64,000 nt of DNA from Candidatus Omnitrophota bacterium (GTDB lineage: Bacteria > Omnitrophota > Gorgyraeia > Gygaellales > Profunditerraquicolaceae). Position numbers and translations under genes: made by a program. The notes beneath the pieces are model-generated. The model was not told the DNA's origin. It saw nothing but the letters and a program-made list of their open reading frames with translations, and did no database searches. The DNA is taken from contig JAQUQW010000003.1 in the NCBI GenBank assembly GCA_028716245.1, positions 84,638-148,637 of the forward strand. The letters are read 5' to 3'. Shown here one piece after another: positions 1 to 9,979 of this stretch (the first letter of the stretch is position 1; each line of letters opens with the position of its first letter).

Positions 1-962
1 TCAGCGGAGTATTTTTGGCCGTCAGTCACAGCCCAACGCAGGAATTTGACTATTTTTTCCCCTTTTACTTTATCGGGCTGATTTTTATAGACTAAAATCC
101 AAGTCAGGCCCGCGATAGGATAAGCATCCGCTCCGTCGGGATTCACCAGAGAGACCCTAAAATCAGCAGGCATAGAATTAATTTTGCCGTTTACCGCCGC
201 GGTGGTTGATTCGATGCTCGGCTTTATGAAATTCCCGGACTTATTCTTAATCTCTGCGCAGGGAAGATTATTTTTAACTGCGTAAGCCAGCTCCACATAG
301 CCGATTGCTCCCTGAGTCTGTTTAACTAGACCCGCAACCCCTTCATTTCCCTTCCCGCCTAATCCTACCGGCCAATTAACCGATGTGCCTTTACCGACCG
401 AGTTTTTCCATGCTTTAGATACAGATGAGAGATAATCCGTAAAAATATTGGTTGTCCCGCTTCCATCCGAACGATGGCTAACAATAATGTTTTGACTCGG
501 TAGGTTTACGCCAGGATTATCAGAAACAATTCTGGGGTCATTCCACTTGCTGATCTTGCCCAGGTAGATATCCGCCACCACTTCCGGGCTAAACCTCAAT
601 GCTTGGTTTATCTGCGGTAAATTATAAGTAATAACCACAGCCCCCGCGATCATCGGTATATGCAACAATTCCCCCGGAGCTTGTTTTAGTTGTTCATCGG
701 TCAATGCGCCATCCGATGCGCCAAAATCAACTGTCTGAGCGGTAATCTGCCTTATCCCGCCGCCTGAGCCGATAGATTGATAATTAAAATTTACGCTCTC
801 ATCAACCTTGGTATATTCATAAAACCACTTTGAATATAAAGGATAGGGGAAAGTTGCTCCCGCTCCATTTACCAATAGCAGTTTATCGGCCAGTGCCGTG
901 CCAACGGTCAAGCCGATGACTGCCAATACTACAGTAATTATTCTTAAAACTCGTCTCTTCAT
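1..962 (-). CDS. pstS: Phosphate ABC transporter substrate-binding protein PstS; start codon at 962, 3' end runs off the window start
   Basis: The revcomp translation begins MKRRVLRIITVVLAVIGLTVGTALA (signal peptide). It continues GAGATFPYPLYSKWFYEY and SGSGTT-like motifs typical of the PstS/PBP2 family. An AGGAGG RBS lies 8 nt upstream of the ATG. It is absent from the ORF track because no stop codon lies inside the window. Confidence 0.85.
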   Translation of the reverse strand, partial: MKRRVLRIITVVLAVIGLTVGTALADKLLLVNGAGATFPYPLYSKWFYEYTKVDESVNFNYQSIGSGGGIRQITAQTVDFGASDGALTDEQLKQAPGELLHIPMIAGAVVITYNLPQINQALRFSPEVVADIYLGKISKWNDPRIVSDNPGVNLPSQNIIVSHRSDGSGTTNIFTDYLSSVSKAWKNSVGKGTSVNWPVGLGGKGNEGVAGLVKQTQGAIGYVELAYAVKNNLPCAEIKNKSGNFIKPSIESTTAAVNGKINSMPADFRVSLVNPDGADAYPIAGLTWILVYKNQPDKVKGEKIVKFLRWAVTDGQKYSA

Positions 963-1012
963 TTTAAAAACCTCCTTTTATGTTCACTTCGTTCCATAAA
1001 TCGTGGTCTCAC

Positions 1013-2332
1013 TTAGAATTTCATATTCCAGTCAACCTGTAAGACATGCTCCGGCGTCCTCCCGGTAGTTGCGCTCTGAGTAAGGCTCTCTGCGTAATAA
1101 TAATCGAGATCAAGCCACGTATTTTTCGCTAAGCCGTAAGAAAAAACTGCTTCATAGGCTTTGGAATTAGTTTTCCCGCCATATCTATCAGAATCAGTAA
1201 AAATATCCAGCCAGCAATCGCGGCCCAATTTTGAATATACAAGCTGGGTTCTCCATTGCCCCCAATCGGTTATATTTTCCGTTCCGAATTTTATACCAGC
1301 CTGATAACCTCCTGCTCCGGTTGCATCACTTGGCAGGCTAACATTATACATATACTCCCCAAATATAGCAGCGTAAGGCAACAAACCGGAAAATGGCTGC
1401 TTAAAGCTTAATTCAGCAGTCGGCTGAATTGAATTGTAGTTATATCTATACTGGCCGGTAGCGCTGCTGCCACTTCCGCTTACACCTGAATTTGTACGGG
1501 AACCGGCGTTACTAAATGCATTTGCGCCTTTTACGTTAAAAAATTGATTATACGCAACCGCAGTCTTCAAATTAGTTTTATTATTAACGGCAATATTAAC
1601 TCCTGGTTGGAATACTGCCAGCGCTACTTGTTTATCGGTCCTGGTGTCATTTTTCATGACATAAACCAAATCGTTCATGAAAATATCAACCTTTGGATTA
1701 AGTTTATAGCTATAATTCACACCGGCTCCGTCTGGAGTAATGTCGCCTTTCCAGAACACATCCCACGGCCGCCAAAGAGGATTTTGGATTTTTCCTCCGG
1801 ATAGCGCTAATCCGTTAAATGGCGTATACTGGGCATAGGCATAATCCAAAACGATACTTTTTGGCGAACCGGGAGTATTTGTCGTATTTGCATCGCTGCC
1901 AAGAGTAATATTCCTTGAACGCGGGTCATTGGTTGCGCCCGTTGCAATACCCACTGCCATTTTCAATTTATTATTTACTTGAGACTCAATACCTAACCTT
2001 GCCCTAATTCTTGCCCTTGAGTTATCCTGGGAGCCTTTATCTTTATCCCACTCATACCTTAACCGGAAATCGCCTTTTAGTTTCGTATTTTTTACCCAAT
2101 CAGGCATATTATCTTTTGCCAATTTTTTATAATCTTCTTCTTTTTGCTTATCTGCTTTTGTAATTTGTTCATTAGTCTGAGTCCTTATTTCCTGAGCCTC
2201 GGAAGCATTCAAAACCCCCTTATCAATTAGTTTCTGAAGCAGGGCATCCACTTCGCTGGCATAAGAAAAATGCATCCCCAGGCCCAACGAGATAATTCCG
2301 ATTAATACAATTGCCGTTAAAAACTTCCTCAT
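1013..2332 (-). CDS. Outer-membrane beta-barrel porin, phosphate-selective porin O/P-like
   Basis: 439 aa with an N-terminal signal peptide and a K/E-rich coiled N-terminal segment. Alternating amphipathic beta strands end in a C-terminal ...WNMKF with aromatic terminus, typical of OM barrels. It is adjacent to pstS and the Pho two-component genes. Confidence 0.55.
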   Translation of the reverse strand: MRKFLTAIVLIGIISLGLGMHFSYASEVDALLQKLIDKGVLNASEAQEIRTQTNEQITKADKQKEEDYKKLAKDNMPDWVKNTKLKGDFRLRYEWDKDKGSQDNSRARIRARLGIESQVNNKLKMAVGIATGATNDPRSRNITLGSDANTTNTPGSPKSIVLDYAYAQYTPFNGLALSGGKIQNPLWRPWDVFWKGDITPDGAGVNYSYKLNPKVDIFMNDLVYVMKNDTRTDKQVALAVFQPGVNIAVNNKTNLKTAVAYNQFFNVKGANAFSNAGSRTNSGVSGSGSSATGQYRYNYNSIQPTAELSFKQPFSGLLPYAAIFGEYMYNVSLPSDATGAGGYQAGIKFGTENITDWGQWRTQLVYSKLGRDCWLDIFTDSDRYGGKTNSKAYEAVFSYGLAKNTWLDLDYYYAESLTQSATTGRTPEHVLQVDWNMKF

Positions 2333-2465
2333 TTTGTTTCCTCCTTTTTTGTTAGCCTTCCACGCACAACTTGCGTATCTGGCGTAAATTTAACTCCACC
2401 TCGCAATATTACATTTTCCATATCAATTCCAAATTAAGAAAAAGTAAAATCCATGTAAATTCAGT

Positions 2466-2870
2466 TTACCTGCTTTTTACTAAAAATTCTTTATCCAGGT
2501 TTGCGCTTATTTCTCTTACCGTGCTTAATAAGCCTGCTAAATTAAACGGCTTGCTTAAATAACAATCTGCCCCCAAAAGATGGGCATATAATTTATCCTG
2601 TTCATGGGATTTAGCGCTCACCACCATAATAAAGGTGTGAAAATTCCGCGGGTCATCTTTTATCAGTTTGCATATATCAAACCCATCTATGCCGGGAAGC
2701 ATAATATCAAGGATAACGATATTGAAACTCTCTCTTCTAAGTCTCTCCCGCGCGCTTAATCCGTCAAAAACCTGTTCCGCATAAAAACCCTCATTGCGCA
2801 AGTTATAGGCAATAAGGTAATTTATATCCTTATCATCTTCTACGACTAATACTTTTTTATTGTTAAGCAT
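2466..2870 (-). CDS. Single-domain response regulator (CheY-like receiver only)
   Basis: 134 aa, KVLVVEDDKDI...ILDIMLPGIDGFDIC...VVSAK: receiver domain with phospho-acceptor Asp and no output domain. Confidence 0.7.
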   Translation of the reverse strand: MLNNKKVLVVEDDKDINYLIAYNLRNEGFYAEQVFDGLSARERLRRESFNIVILDIMLPGIDGFDICKLIKDDPRNFHTFIMVVSAKSHEQDKLYAHLLGADCYLSKPFNLAGLLSTVREISANLDKEFLVKSR

Positions 2871-3092
2871 ATTACTTACCTGTTATCCGTACTGCGCGTA
2901 AAACTTATTCAAGCTCTTGGATTCTTCATCAACAATCCGTCGTAAAGCCAGAATGAATAATTGCGCTATTTCTTTTATTTTCTTAACCATGACTAAAGTA
3001 TAAGAGAAAGGGGTTAAATCCACTTCAAGGGAAAGTAAAATGTGGGTAAAGTTAAAAGCGTGTTGGAAACTGGGAATTAAAACTTGAGGTGT

Positions 3093-4199
3093 TTACTGGG
3101 GGATGATAAACCAGAATTTGGAGCCTAAGCCTTCGGTGCTTTCAACTCCTACAGAACCGGAATGAAGCTCGATGATATGCTTAACAATAGAAAGCCCAAG
3201 GCCGGTGCCTCCAAGTTCGCGCGAGCGCGCTTTGTCTACGCGGTAAAAGCGCTCAAAAATACGGGGGATATCTTTTGCGGGTATTCCTGAGCCGGAGTCT
3301 TCGACGACAATCTTTATTTTCTCCGCAAGGGTTTCGGAATAAATTCGTACGGAACCTTTTTCCTTATTGTACTTAATAGCATTGTTGATCAGGTTGGCAA
3401 AGACCTGTTCAATCTTGCTCTTGTCGGCAACAATCTCCAGGCTTTGGGGTAATTCGATTTTAATCTCAACTGCCTTCTTTTTTGCCTGCGACTTAAATCC
3501 CAGTATAACCTCATCAACCAGTTTAGCGATAACAAATTTTTCCTTATTCAGCACGATTTCTTTGGATTCGATATGCGAAAGCTCCAGTAAATCATTAATT
3601 AAAGTATTTAGCCTGTCAGCGTGCGTATTGATGATCTTGAGGAAATGGACGCTGTTTTCTTTGTCCTCTAAAGCCCCTTCAAGCAAGGTTTCCACAAAGC
3701 CTTTTATAGAGGTAAGCGGGGTTTTCAGTTCGTGCGAAACATTGGCCACGAAATCCCGGCGCATAGCCTCTAGGCGCCTAATTTCAGTAATATCGTGAAT
3801 AACTAAAAGGCAGCCGCTGGTTGCTTTAGATTCAAAAATCGGGGAGGCATTCACCTGAAATACTTTTTGTACCGGCCAAATAAGGGTTAGCTCTTTAGAA
3901 ACAAGTTGCCCGCTTTTTAAAACTAAAGCAATTACTTCGGCTACATCATTATTAGGGAATACTTCCAGGAAAATCCTGCCTTGGGCGCTCTTTTGGGAGA
4001 TATTAAAAATTTTTTCGGCTGTAGGATTAAGCCAGAGCAGGCGGGTATCTTTATCCACCGCAATCACTCCCTCAACCATGCTGTTTAATATGGCGTGGAT
4101 GCGGTTGTTCTCAGTTTCTAAAATGTTAATCCGTTTTTTGAATATTTCCAGTTCGGAATTTAATTCAATGATTTTCTTCTTTAGGCGCAAATCAAACAA
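3093..4199 (-). CDS. phoR: Sensor histidine kinase with PAS domain, PhoR-like
   Basis: 368 aa with N-terminal coiled coil, PAS region and H-box VSHELKTPLTSIKGF. The HATPase_c motifs are NLINNAIKY (N-box) and DSGSGIP, GTGLGLSIVK (G-boxes). It is 3 nt downstream of the phoB-like gene, near pstS. Confidence 0.7.
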   Translation of the reverse strand: MFDLRLKKKIIELNSELEIFKKRINILETENNRIHAILNSMVEGVIAVDKDTRLLWLNPTAEKIFNISQKSAQGRIFLEVFPNNDVAEVIALVLKSGQLVSKELTLIWPVQKVFQVNASPIFESKATSGCLLVIHDITEIRRLEAMRRDFVANVSHELKTPLTSIKGFVETLLEGALEDKENSVHFLKIINTHADRLNTLINDLLELSHIESKEIVLNKEKFVIAKLVDEVILGFKSQAKKKAVEIKIELPQSLEIVADKSKIEQVFANLINNAIKYNKEKGSVRIYSETLAEKIKIVVEDSGSGIPAKDIPRIFERFYRVDKARSRELGGTGLGLSIVKHIIELHSGSVGVESTEGLGSKFWFIIPQ

Positions 4200-4202
4200 C
4201 TT

Positions 4203-4895
4203 TCAATCCTCGGTTTCAAAACGGTAACCGTAATTTTTCACTGTGATAATATGCTTAGCTTCGGTTTTAAGTTTTTTACGTAGAGTGCGGATATGCACGT
4301 CTACGGTGCGGGTCTGGATCTCCATGGCATGATCAAAACCCCAGATTGTATCCAATAAATAATCCCGCGATAAAACCCTGCCTTTGACCTTAAGCAGTGT
4401 CCTTAAAAGCTCAAACTCTTTAGCGGTTAACTCAACCGGTTTATCTTTGACCGTCACACATATCTTGGCAAAATCTATTTTTAAATCTCCTGTCTGGAAT
4501 ATTTCCGGAAGCTTTTCTTTTTCAGTTACCCTGCGCAGGACCGCTTTGATGCGGGCGGCTAACTCACGCGGGCTAAACGGCTTAGTAATATAATCATCCG
4601 CACCTAACTCTAAACCTACAACTTTATCCGATTCCTGTCCTTTAGCCGTAAGCATAATGATGGGTATGGCGGCGGCCTTGCTTTCTTTTTTTAAAGCTTT
4701 ACATACCTCTAAACCATCCATTCCCGGAAGCATTAAATCCAGCAAGATAAGATCCGGATGCTGGCGCACCGCCAGATCCAGAGCATCCTCTCCGTCCCCG
4801 GCAGTAATAACCTTAAAACCTTCCTTCTCAAGGTTATACTCAAGCATTTTAATGATATCTTTTTCATCTTCAACAACTAGAATTTTTTCTTTCAT
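4203..4895 (-). CDS. phoB: OmpR/PhoB-family winged-helix response regulator
   Basis: 230 aa with receiver (ILVVEDEKDI...LLDLMLPGMDGLEVC) and C-terminal trans_reg_C wHTH (TAKEFELLRTLL...RTVDVHIRTLRKKL...YGYRFE). Confidence 0.75.
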   Translation of the reverse strand: MKEKILVVEDEKDIIKMLEYNLEKEGFKVITAGDGEDALDLAVRQHPDLILLDLMLPGMDGLEVCKALKKESKAAAIPIIMLTAKGQESDKVVGLELGADDYITKPFSPRELAARIKAVLRRVTEKEKLPEIFQTGDLKIDFAKICVTVKDKPVELTAKEFELLRTLLKVKGRVLSRDYLLDTIWGFDHAMEIQTRTVDVHIRTLRKKLKTEAKHIITVKNYGYRFETED

Positions 4896-5590
4896 TTTTT
4901 ATTACCCCGGCAAACATTCACACATATCCCGCAGACAAACTGCTCCACCTGGCGCTGTTTTTGAAAACTCTTAAGTTTTTCAAAACATTTGATATGATCA
5001 AAATCCGCGGCAGACTCTCGGATTGCCCCTGACGGGCATATCTTAACACAAAGCCGGCACTGCCCGCAATCTTTTTTACTTAACTCATCTGTCTTTAACG
5101 GCATGTTGGTTAATATCGAAACTAGCCGAAATTGGCTGCCTAATTTCTCATTCACCAGAAGGTTATTTCTGCCAATCCAGCCTAAACCGGCCAAAACCCC
5201 TAATTTCCGGTGCGAAAGATGGGCAATATTATTTTCCCAATCAATGATTTGTGTTGCCGGCACGGCAAGCGCCAAAAAACCTTGTTTCTGGATTATATTG
5301 CCTAATCTTAAAGCTATGTGATCTAAAAAAGAATTTACTATTTTGTAATGATGGAAATATAATTTGGTTGGCACAATATCTATTTCAGAAAGCACGGAAG
5401 CAGAAAGCATAACTCCTAAACAAATGGCCTTATCAAAATTCTGTGAGATTTTAGGAGAGATCTTAAACTCATCCCTGATCTTGCTTATATCGGCAACCCC
5501 AAAAAGATCGATGCCTTCATCAAGGCAAAATTTCTTTAAAGCCAGATAATTTTTATCTTTATCCATCCCCAACCTCGAAACTGTTTCCAC
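4892..5590 (-). CDS. 4Fe-4S cluster protein resembling a short epoxyqueuosine reductase (QueG-like)
   Basis: 232 aa with a GIDLFGVADI motif resembling QueG GFDLVGI, and CGQCRLCVKICPSGAI (CxxCxxCxxxCP) plus a second CGICVNVC cluster motif. It is shorter than canonical QueG (~380 aa). It overlaps phoB by 4 nt (translational coupling). Confidence 0.4.
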   Translation of the reverse strand: METVSRLGMDKDKNYLALKKFCLDEGIDLFGVADISKIRDEFKISPKISQNFDKAICLGVMLSASVLSEIDIVPTKLYFHHYKIVNSFLDHIALRLGNIIQKQGFLALAVPATQIIDWENNIAHLSHRKLGVLAGLGWIGRNNLLVNEKLGSQFRLVSILTNMPLKTDELSKKDCGQCRLCVKICPSGAIRESAADFDHIKCFEKLKSFQKQRQVEQFVCGICVNVCRGNKK

Positions 5591-5628
5591 TCCAATCGGG
5601 AAATAGGGATACCCCGCGTCCCGAACAA

Positions 5629-7458
5629 CTAGGAAATAGTTTCGCCTTTTAGTTTCCTCAAATAAACCATAAGCAGGGAAATTGCCGCGGGGGTCACGCC
5701 GGAAATACGCGAGGCCTGGCCCAGATTAAGCGGTTTGAATTTAGCCAGCTTTTCTCTTATCTCCCGGGATATGCCGGCTAAACCGCTATAATCAAAATCC
5801 GGCGGCAGTTTGATTTTCTCTATATGCTTAAACCGCTCTACGTCTTTGAGCTGCCTTTGAATGAACCCGGCATATTTTACTTCGATTTCAATCTGCCGCC
5901 AAGCGGATTCAGGTATTGAGGTTTTTAATTTATGCATCTTATTTATATCTTTGATGCTTATCTGCGGCCGTTTTAACAATTTTTCCAAAGTTAACGGCTT
6001 ATTAAAAGGGGCGCAATTAACGCGGGTTTTTCTTAAAAAGATCAGGCCATCTTTAATACCTTGAGCTTTATTTTTTATTTTACGGTAAACATTTTCTTTT
6101 ACCAAACCCAAATCAAAACCCGCCTTGGCTAAACGCAGGTCCGCGTTGTCCTCACGGATAATTAAACGGTATTCCACTCTTGAGGTAAACATACGGTAGG
6201 GTTCAGCCGTGCCTTTAGTAGTTAAATCATCGATTAACACGCCGATATAACTGCTTGCCCGATCTAAGATAAAAGGCTCTTTCTCTTTAAGGCGCAGCGC
6301 AGCATTGATTCCGGCAACTAACCCCTGGGCCGCTGCTTCTTCATAACCGGTTGTGCCGTTAAGTTGTCCGGCCAAAAAAAGATTTTTGATTAATTTTGTT
6401 TCCAGGCTCGGGAAAAGTTGGGTGGGATCAACCACGGTATGTTCAATACCATAGCCAAAACGAATAACCTTGGTTTTCTCTAGCCCGGCAATAGAATGCA
6501 ATAGTTTAAGCTGCACATCTTCGGGCAAACTGGTGGATATGCCGTTAGGATAAATTTCATCCACCCCTAAACCTTCGGGCTCTAAAAACACCTGATGCCG
6601 TTCTTTATCCGCGAATTTAACAATTTTATCCTCGATTGACGGGCAATACCTGACGCCGGCAGCTTTAATTATGCCGGCATAAAGCGGCGAGCGGTCAAGG
6701 TTGGCCCGGATCAACTCATGCGTATCTTTATTGGTATAAGCAATGTGGCAGCAAACTTGTTTTTGCTTTATGTTTTTTGTCGAGAACGAAAACGGTTTAG
6801 GAATTAAATCGCCTTCCTGGATTATTAGATTGGAAAAATTAATGGTATGCTTATTCAGGCGCGGGCAGGTCCCGGTTTTAAAACGCAAAAGATTAAAACC
6901 TAAACTTTTCAGGTTATCCGCCAGCCCCACAGAAGCGCGTTCATTAATCCGGCCGGCGCTGAAATGTTTTAGCCCGATATGAATTAAACCGTCTAAAAAT
7001 GTCCCCGGGCAAATAACTACGCATTTAGCGCCGATCTCCCCCTTATCCGTAACTACTCCCAAAACCCTGCCATCTCTAACGATTAATTTCTTTGCCTCTG
7101 CCTCTTTTACCGTTAAATTCTTCTGATGTAAAACGATGCGCCGCATATAACGGCTGTATTTATGCATATCGATCTGGGCCCGCGATGATTGCACGGCCGC
7201 GCCTTTTGAGGAATTAAGAATACGGAATTGGATTGCGCAGGCATCAGCAGTCCGGCCCATTTGTCCGCCTAAAGCATCAATCTCTTTTACTAACTGGCCC
7301 TTACCTACCCCGCCGATAGCCGGATTACAGCTCATCCTTCCGATGGAATTGATATCCAAGGTAAGCATCAGGGTTTTAGCGCCAAGCCGGGCGCAGACCA
7401 AGCTTGCTTCAATACCGGCATGGCCGGCACCGATAATAATTACATCAAAATTATTCAT
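5629..7458 (-). CDS. mnmG: tRNA uridine-5-carboxymethylaminomethyl modification enzyme MnmG (GidA)
   Basis: 609 aa with N-terminal FAD-binding FDVIIIGAGHAGIEAS and the family-typical length and C-terminal helical domain (..GQASRISGVTPAAISLL..). Confidence 0.95.
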   Translation of the reverse strand: MNNFDVIIIGAGHAGIEASLVCARLGAKTLMLTLDINSIGRMSCNPAIGGVGKGQLVKEIDALGGQMGRTADACAIQFRILNSSKGAAVQSSRAQIDMHKYSRYMRRIVLHQKNLTVKEAEAKKLIVRDGRVLGVVTDKGEIGAKCVVICPGTFLDGLIHIGLKHFSAGRINERASVGLADNLKSLGFNLLRFKTGTCPRLNKHTINFSNLIIQEGDLIPKPFSFSTKNIKQKQVCCHIAYTNKDTHELIRANLDRSPLYAGIIKAAGVRYCPSIEDKIVKFADKERHQVFLEPEGLGVDEIYPNGISTSLPEDVQLKLLHSIAGLEKTKVIRFGYGIEHTVVDPTQLFPSLETKLIKNLFLAGQLNGTTGYEEAAAQGLVAGINAALRLKEKEPFILDRASSYIGVLIDDLTTKGTAEPYRMFTSRVEYRLIIREDNADLRLAKAGFDLGLVKENVYRKIKNKAQGIKDGLIFLRKTRVNCAPFNKPLTLEKLLKRPQISIKDINKMHKLKTSIPESAWRQIEIEVKYAGFIQRQLKDVERFKHIEKIKLPPDFDYSGLAGISREIREKLAKFKPLNLGQASRISGVTPAAISLLMVYLRKLKGETIS

Positions 7459-7475
7459 GGGAAATAATTAGGGAC

Positions 7476-7545
7476 AGGTAGCCGGGGACGTGCCAAAAAG
7501 GGACACCCTTTTTAAGGGTGTCCCTTTTTGGCACGTCCCCTTAAA
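7476..7545. terminator. Perfect 25-bp-arm inverted repeat (intrinsic terminator-like hairpin) between nrdJ stop and mnmG start
   Basis: ggggacgtgccaaaaagggacaccc-ttttta-agggtgtccctttttggcacgtcccc; perfect palindrome with internal A/T runs, likely terminating nrdJ (minus strand). Confidence 0.75.
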
Positions 7546-7546
7546 T

Positions 7547-9841
7547 TTAGCACTTAGAATATCCGCAGCCATGGCATTTAACGCAGCCTTCCTCATGGCG
7601 CAGGGCGCCTCCGCAATCAGGGCACATTCCAACGATATTGACCTGCTCATCCAAATCCGATGACTGTAATTGGTCATCATGCGAATGCTTCATCGGGATA
7701 GTTGCTGATTCTGCGGCAGCCATAGCAGCTGGCTGCGTATTGATCAGCCGGCGTTCGATAACCCGGGCAATCGCATCCGCGCAAGAGAATATTCTCTGGC
7801 CCTTTTCCCAGGAGGGAGACGGGCAGCGGATATTACGCAATTGCTCAATAATAGATTTTACCTCGATATTTGCGCGAAAGGCCAAAGAAACCAGGCGGCC
7901 GGTTGCCTCAAGCTGAGACGCTGCGCAACCGCCGGCTTTACCCATCTGGGTAAATAATTCAAATGGTTTACCGTCTTCGTCGATATTTATGGTGACATAA
8001 AGATTGCCGCAGCCGGTAGAAACCTTGGTGGTCGTGCCGATAATTACTTCCGGCCGCGGGCGCGGGGCAATCTCTTTCTTAATCTCATGAATGATTCTCT
8101 CCTGCTTCTCCTTGGGCTTGCCGACATTTAACACCTGCTCTTCACGGCTCTTATCGCGGTAAATAGTTATACCTTTACAGTTTAAATCAAACGCCATAAC
8201 ATAAGCTTTACGCACTTCTTCAATGGTCGCCTCATGCGGAAAATTAATCGTCTTGCTTGTCGCATTGTGCACGTATTTCTGGAAAGCCGCCTGCATGCGC
8301 ACATGCCATTCAGGAGCAATATCATGGCTGGTCACAAAAACCCTGCGCACATCTTCAGGAATTTCTTTAATATCTTTTATTGAAGCGCTCTCGGCAATCT
8401 TTTCCATAAGCTTGGTGCTATAGAACCCTCTTTGCCGCGCGGCCTGCTCAAACAACGGCTCTACCTCCACCAGCTTATCATTATCCATAACATTACGATA
8501 ATATGACAGGGCAAATAGAGGCTCGATTCCCGAAGAGCAGGGGCCGGCGATGATGCTGATTGTCCCGGTGGGGGCAATGGTTGTCAACGTGGCGTTGCGC
8601 ATCCTGCTTGAACCGTATTTTTTATCATAAATACTTCCTTCAAAAGCCGGGAATACGCCTTTATTTTTCCCCAACTCCAAGGATTTTTTATTCGCTTCCT
8701 CCAAAATAAATGACATTAATTTTTCCGCTAAGGCTACGGCCTCTTCGCTATTATAAGGAATATTCAGGCGGATCAATAAACTTGCCCAACCCATTACCCC
8801 TAAGCCAATTTTACGGGTAGCCTTGGTAGCCTTCTCGATTTCCGGAAGCGGGAATTTATTCACATCAATCAAATTATCCAGAAAATGCACCGCTAAAACC
8901 GTAACCTCTTTTAACCTGTCCCAATTAATCTCACAGCGTGTTCCAACCTTTTTACACATCTGATCCAGGTTTATCGAGCCTAAATCGCAGCTCTCATAAG
9001 GCAATAAAGGCTGTTCACCGCAGGGATTAGTGCTTTCAATCTCTCCTAATTTCGGAGTAGGGTTATACTGGTTAATCCGGTCAATAAAAATGATTCCCGG
9101 CTCGCCGTTTTTGTGCGCCTGTTTTACGATTAAATTAAACACATCTTTACTGTTAATCTTCTGCACCGGCTTATGCGTGTGCGGATCGATCAAATCATAA
9201 TCCTCCCCCTTGGCAAGTCTGCGCATAAACTCGTCGGTAATGGCAACGGAGATATTAAAATTAGTAATATGATTATTGTTTTCCTTGCAGGTGATAAATT
9301 CCATAATATCCGGATGATCCACGCGCAAAATACCCATATTGGCGCCGCGGCGGGTGCCGCCTTGCTTGACCGCCTCAGTCGCCGCGTCATACACGCGCAT
9401 AAATGAAATCGGCCCGCTGGCGACTCCGCCGGTAGTTTTAACTACGGCATTTTTGGGGCGCAGGCGCGAAAAATTAAAACCTGTGCCGCCGCCGGATTTA
9501 TGGATAAGGCTGGTGACTTTTAAGGTTTCAAAAATCGATTCCATCGAATCTTCAATGGGGAGGGTAAAACAAGCGGAAAGCTGCCCTAATTCTTTTCCCG
9601 CGTTCATCAGGCACGGGGAATTAGGCAGGAACTCTAAATTAGCCATCATCTTAAAAAATTCCTCCGCCAGGACCTTTACATCCTGCTCTAATACGCCGTA
9701 CTGTTTATCCGCAACAGCAATAGCATTGGCAACGCGGACAAACAACTGCTCCGGGGTTTCGATAAGTTTACCCTCTTGATCCTTGCGCAGATACCTGCGC
9801 TCAAGAACCTTGACGGCGTTAGGGGATAACTTTAATTCCAT
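7547..9841 (-). CDS. nrdJ: Class II (adenosylcobalamin-dependent) ribonucleoside-diphosphate reductase
   Basis: 764 aa with RNR catalytic-core motifs (NPCGEQPL, SCDLGSINL) and a C-terminal Cys-rich zinc-ribbon tail CPDCGG...CVKCHGCGYSKC, typical of monomeric NrdJ. Confidence 0.9.
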   Translation of the reverse strand: MELKLSPNAVKVLERRYLRKDQEGKLIETPEQLFVRVANAIAVADKQYGVLEQDVKVLAEEFFKMMANLEFLPNSPCLMNAGKELGQLSACFTLPIEDSMESIFETLKVTSLIHKSGGGTGFNFSRLRPKNAVVKTTGGVASGPISFMRVYDAATEAVKQGGTRRGANMGILRVDHPDIMEFITCKENNNHITNFNISVAITDEFMRRLAKGEDYDLIDPHTHKPVQKINSKDVFNLIVKQAHKNGEPGIIFIDRINQYNPTPKLGEIESTNPCGEQPLLPYESCDLGSINLDQMCKKVGTRCEINWDRLKEVTVLAVHFLDNLIDVNKFPLPEIEKATKATRKIGLGVMGWASLLIRLNIPYNSEEAVALAEKLMSFILEEANKKSLELGKNKGVFPAFEGSIYDKKYGSSRMRNATLTTIAPTGTISIIAGPCSSGIEPLFALSYYRNVMDNDKLVEVEPLFEQAARQRGFYSTKLMEKIAESASIKDIKEIPEDVRRVFVTSHDIAPEWHVRMQAAFQKYVHNATSKTINFPHEATIEEVRKAYVMAFDLNCKGITIYRDKSREEQVLNVGKPKEKQERIIHEIKKEIAPRPRPEVIIGTTTKVSTGCGNLYVTINIDEDGKPFELFTQMGKAGGCAASQLEATGRLVSLAFRANIEVKSIIEQLRNIRCPSPSWEKGQRIFSCADAIARVIERRLINTQPAAMAAAESATIPMKHSHDDQLQSSDLDEQVNIVGMCPDCGGALRHEEGCVKCHGCGYSKC

Positions 9842-9886
9842 TTTTCACCTCGAATATTAGGAAGGTTGATTATAAATTACTCAAGC

Positions 9887-9915
9887 AATATAACAAAGGC
9901 AATAACTATTGTCAA
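9887..9915 (-). promoter_or_regulatory. Candidate sigma70 promoter for nrdJ (TTGACA-N17-TATATT on minus strand)
   Basis: -35 TTGACA is the revcomp of 9910-9915 and -10 TATATT the revcomp of 9887-9892, with a 17-nt spacer. This leaves a ~40-nt leader with an AGGTGA RBS before the ATG at 9841. Confidence 0.4.
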
Positions 9916-9979
9916 CAAAAAACTTTACAATATATGGGGTAGCCATTTATTATAATATACTACTGATTGTAGCAAGAGC

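Noticed and set aside
2333-2465. Looked for a Pho box upstream of the porin/pstS genes
   Set aside because: No 7-bp direct repeat of CTGTCAT type with 11-bp periodicity is evident, so no call was made.
3367-3798. 143-aa plus-strand ORF antisense to the PhoR-like kinase gene, and many similar 60-230-aa plus-strand ORFs inside the large minus-strand genes (e.g. 9339-9779, 25457-26095, 26897-27601, 31647-32213, 36938-37468, 42111-42635)
   Set aside because: All are antisense shadows of well-supported long minus-strand CDSs. They have S/L/P-rich low-complexity translations typical of the non-coding frame and no independent signals.
7468-7680. 70-aa minus-strand ORF overlapping the nrdJ 3' end and the terminator palindrome
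   Set aside because: It lies inside the nrdJ coding region and hairpin in another frame and is composition-driven, with no RBS.
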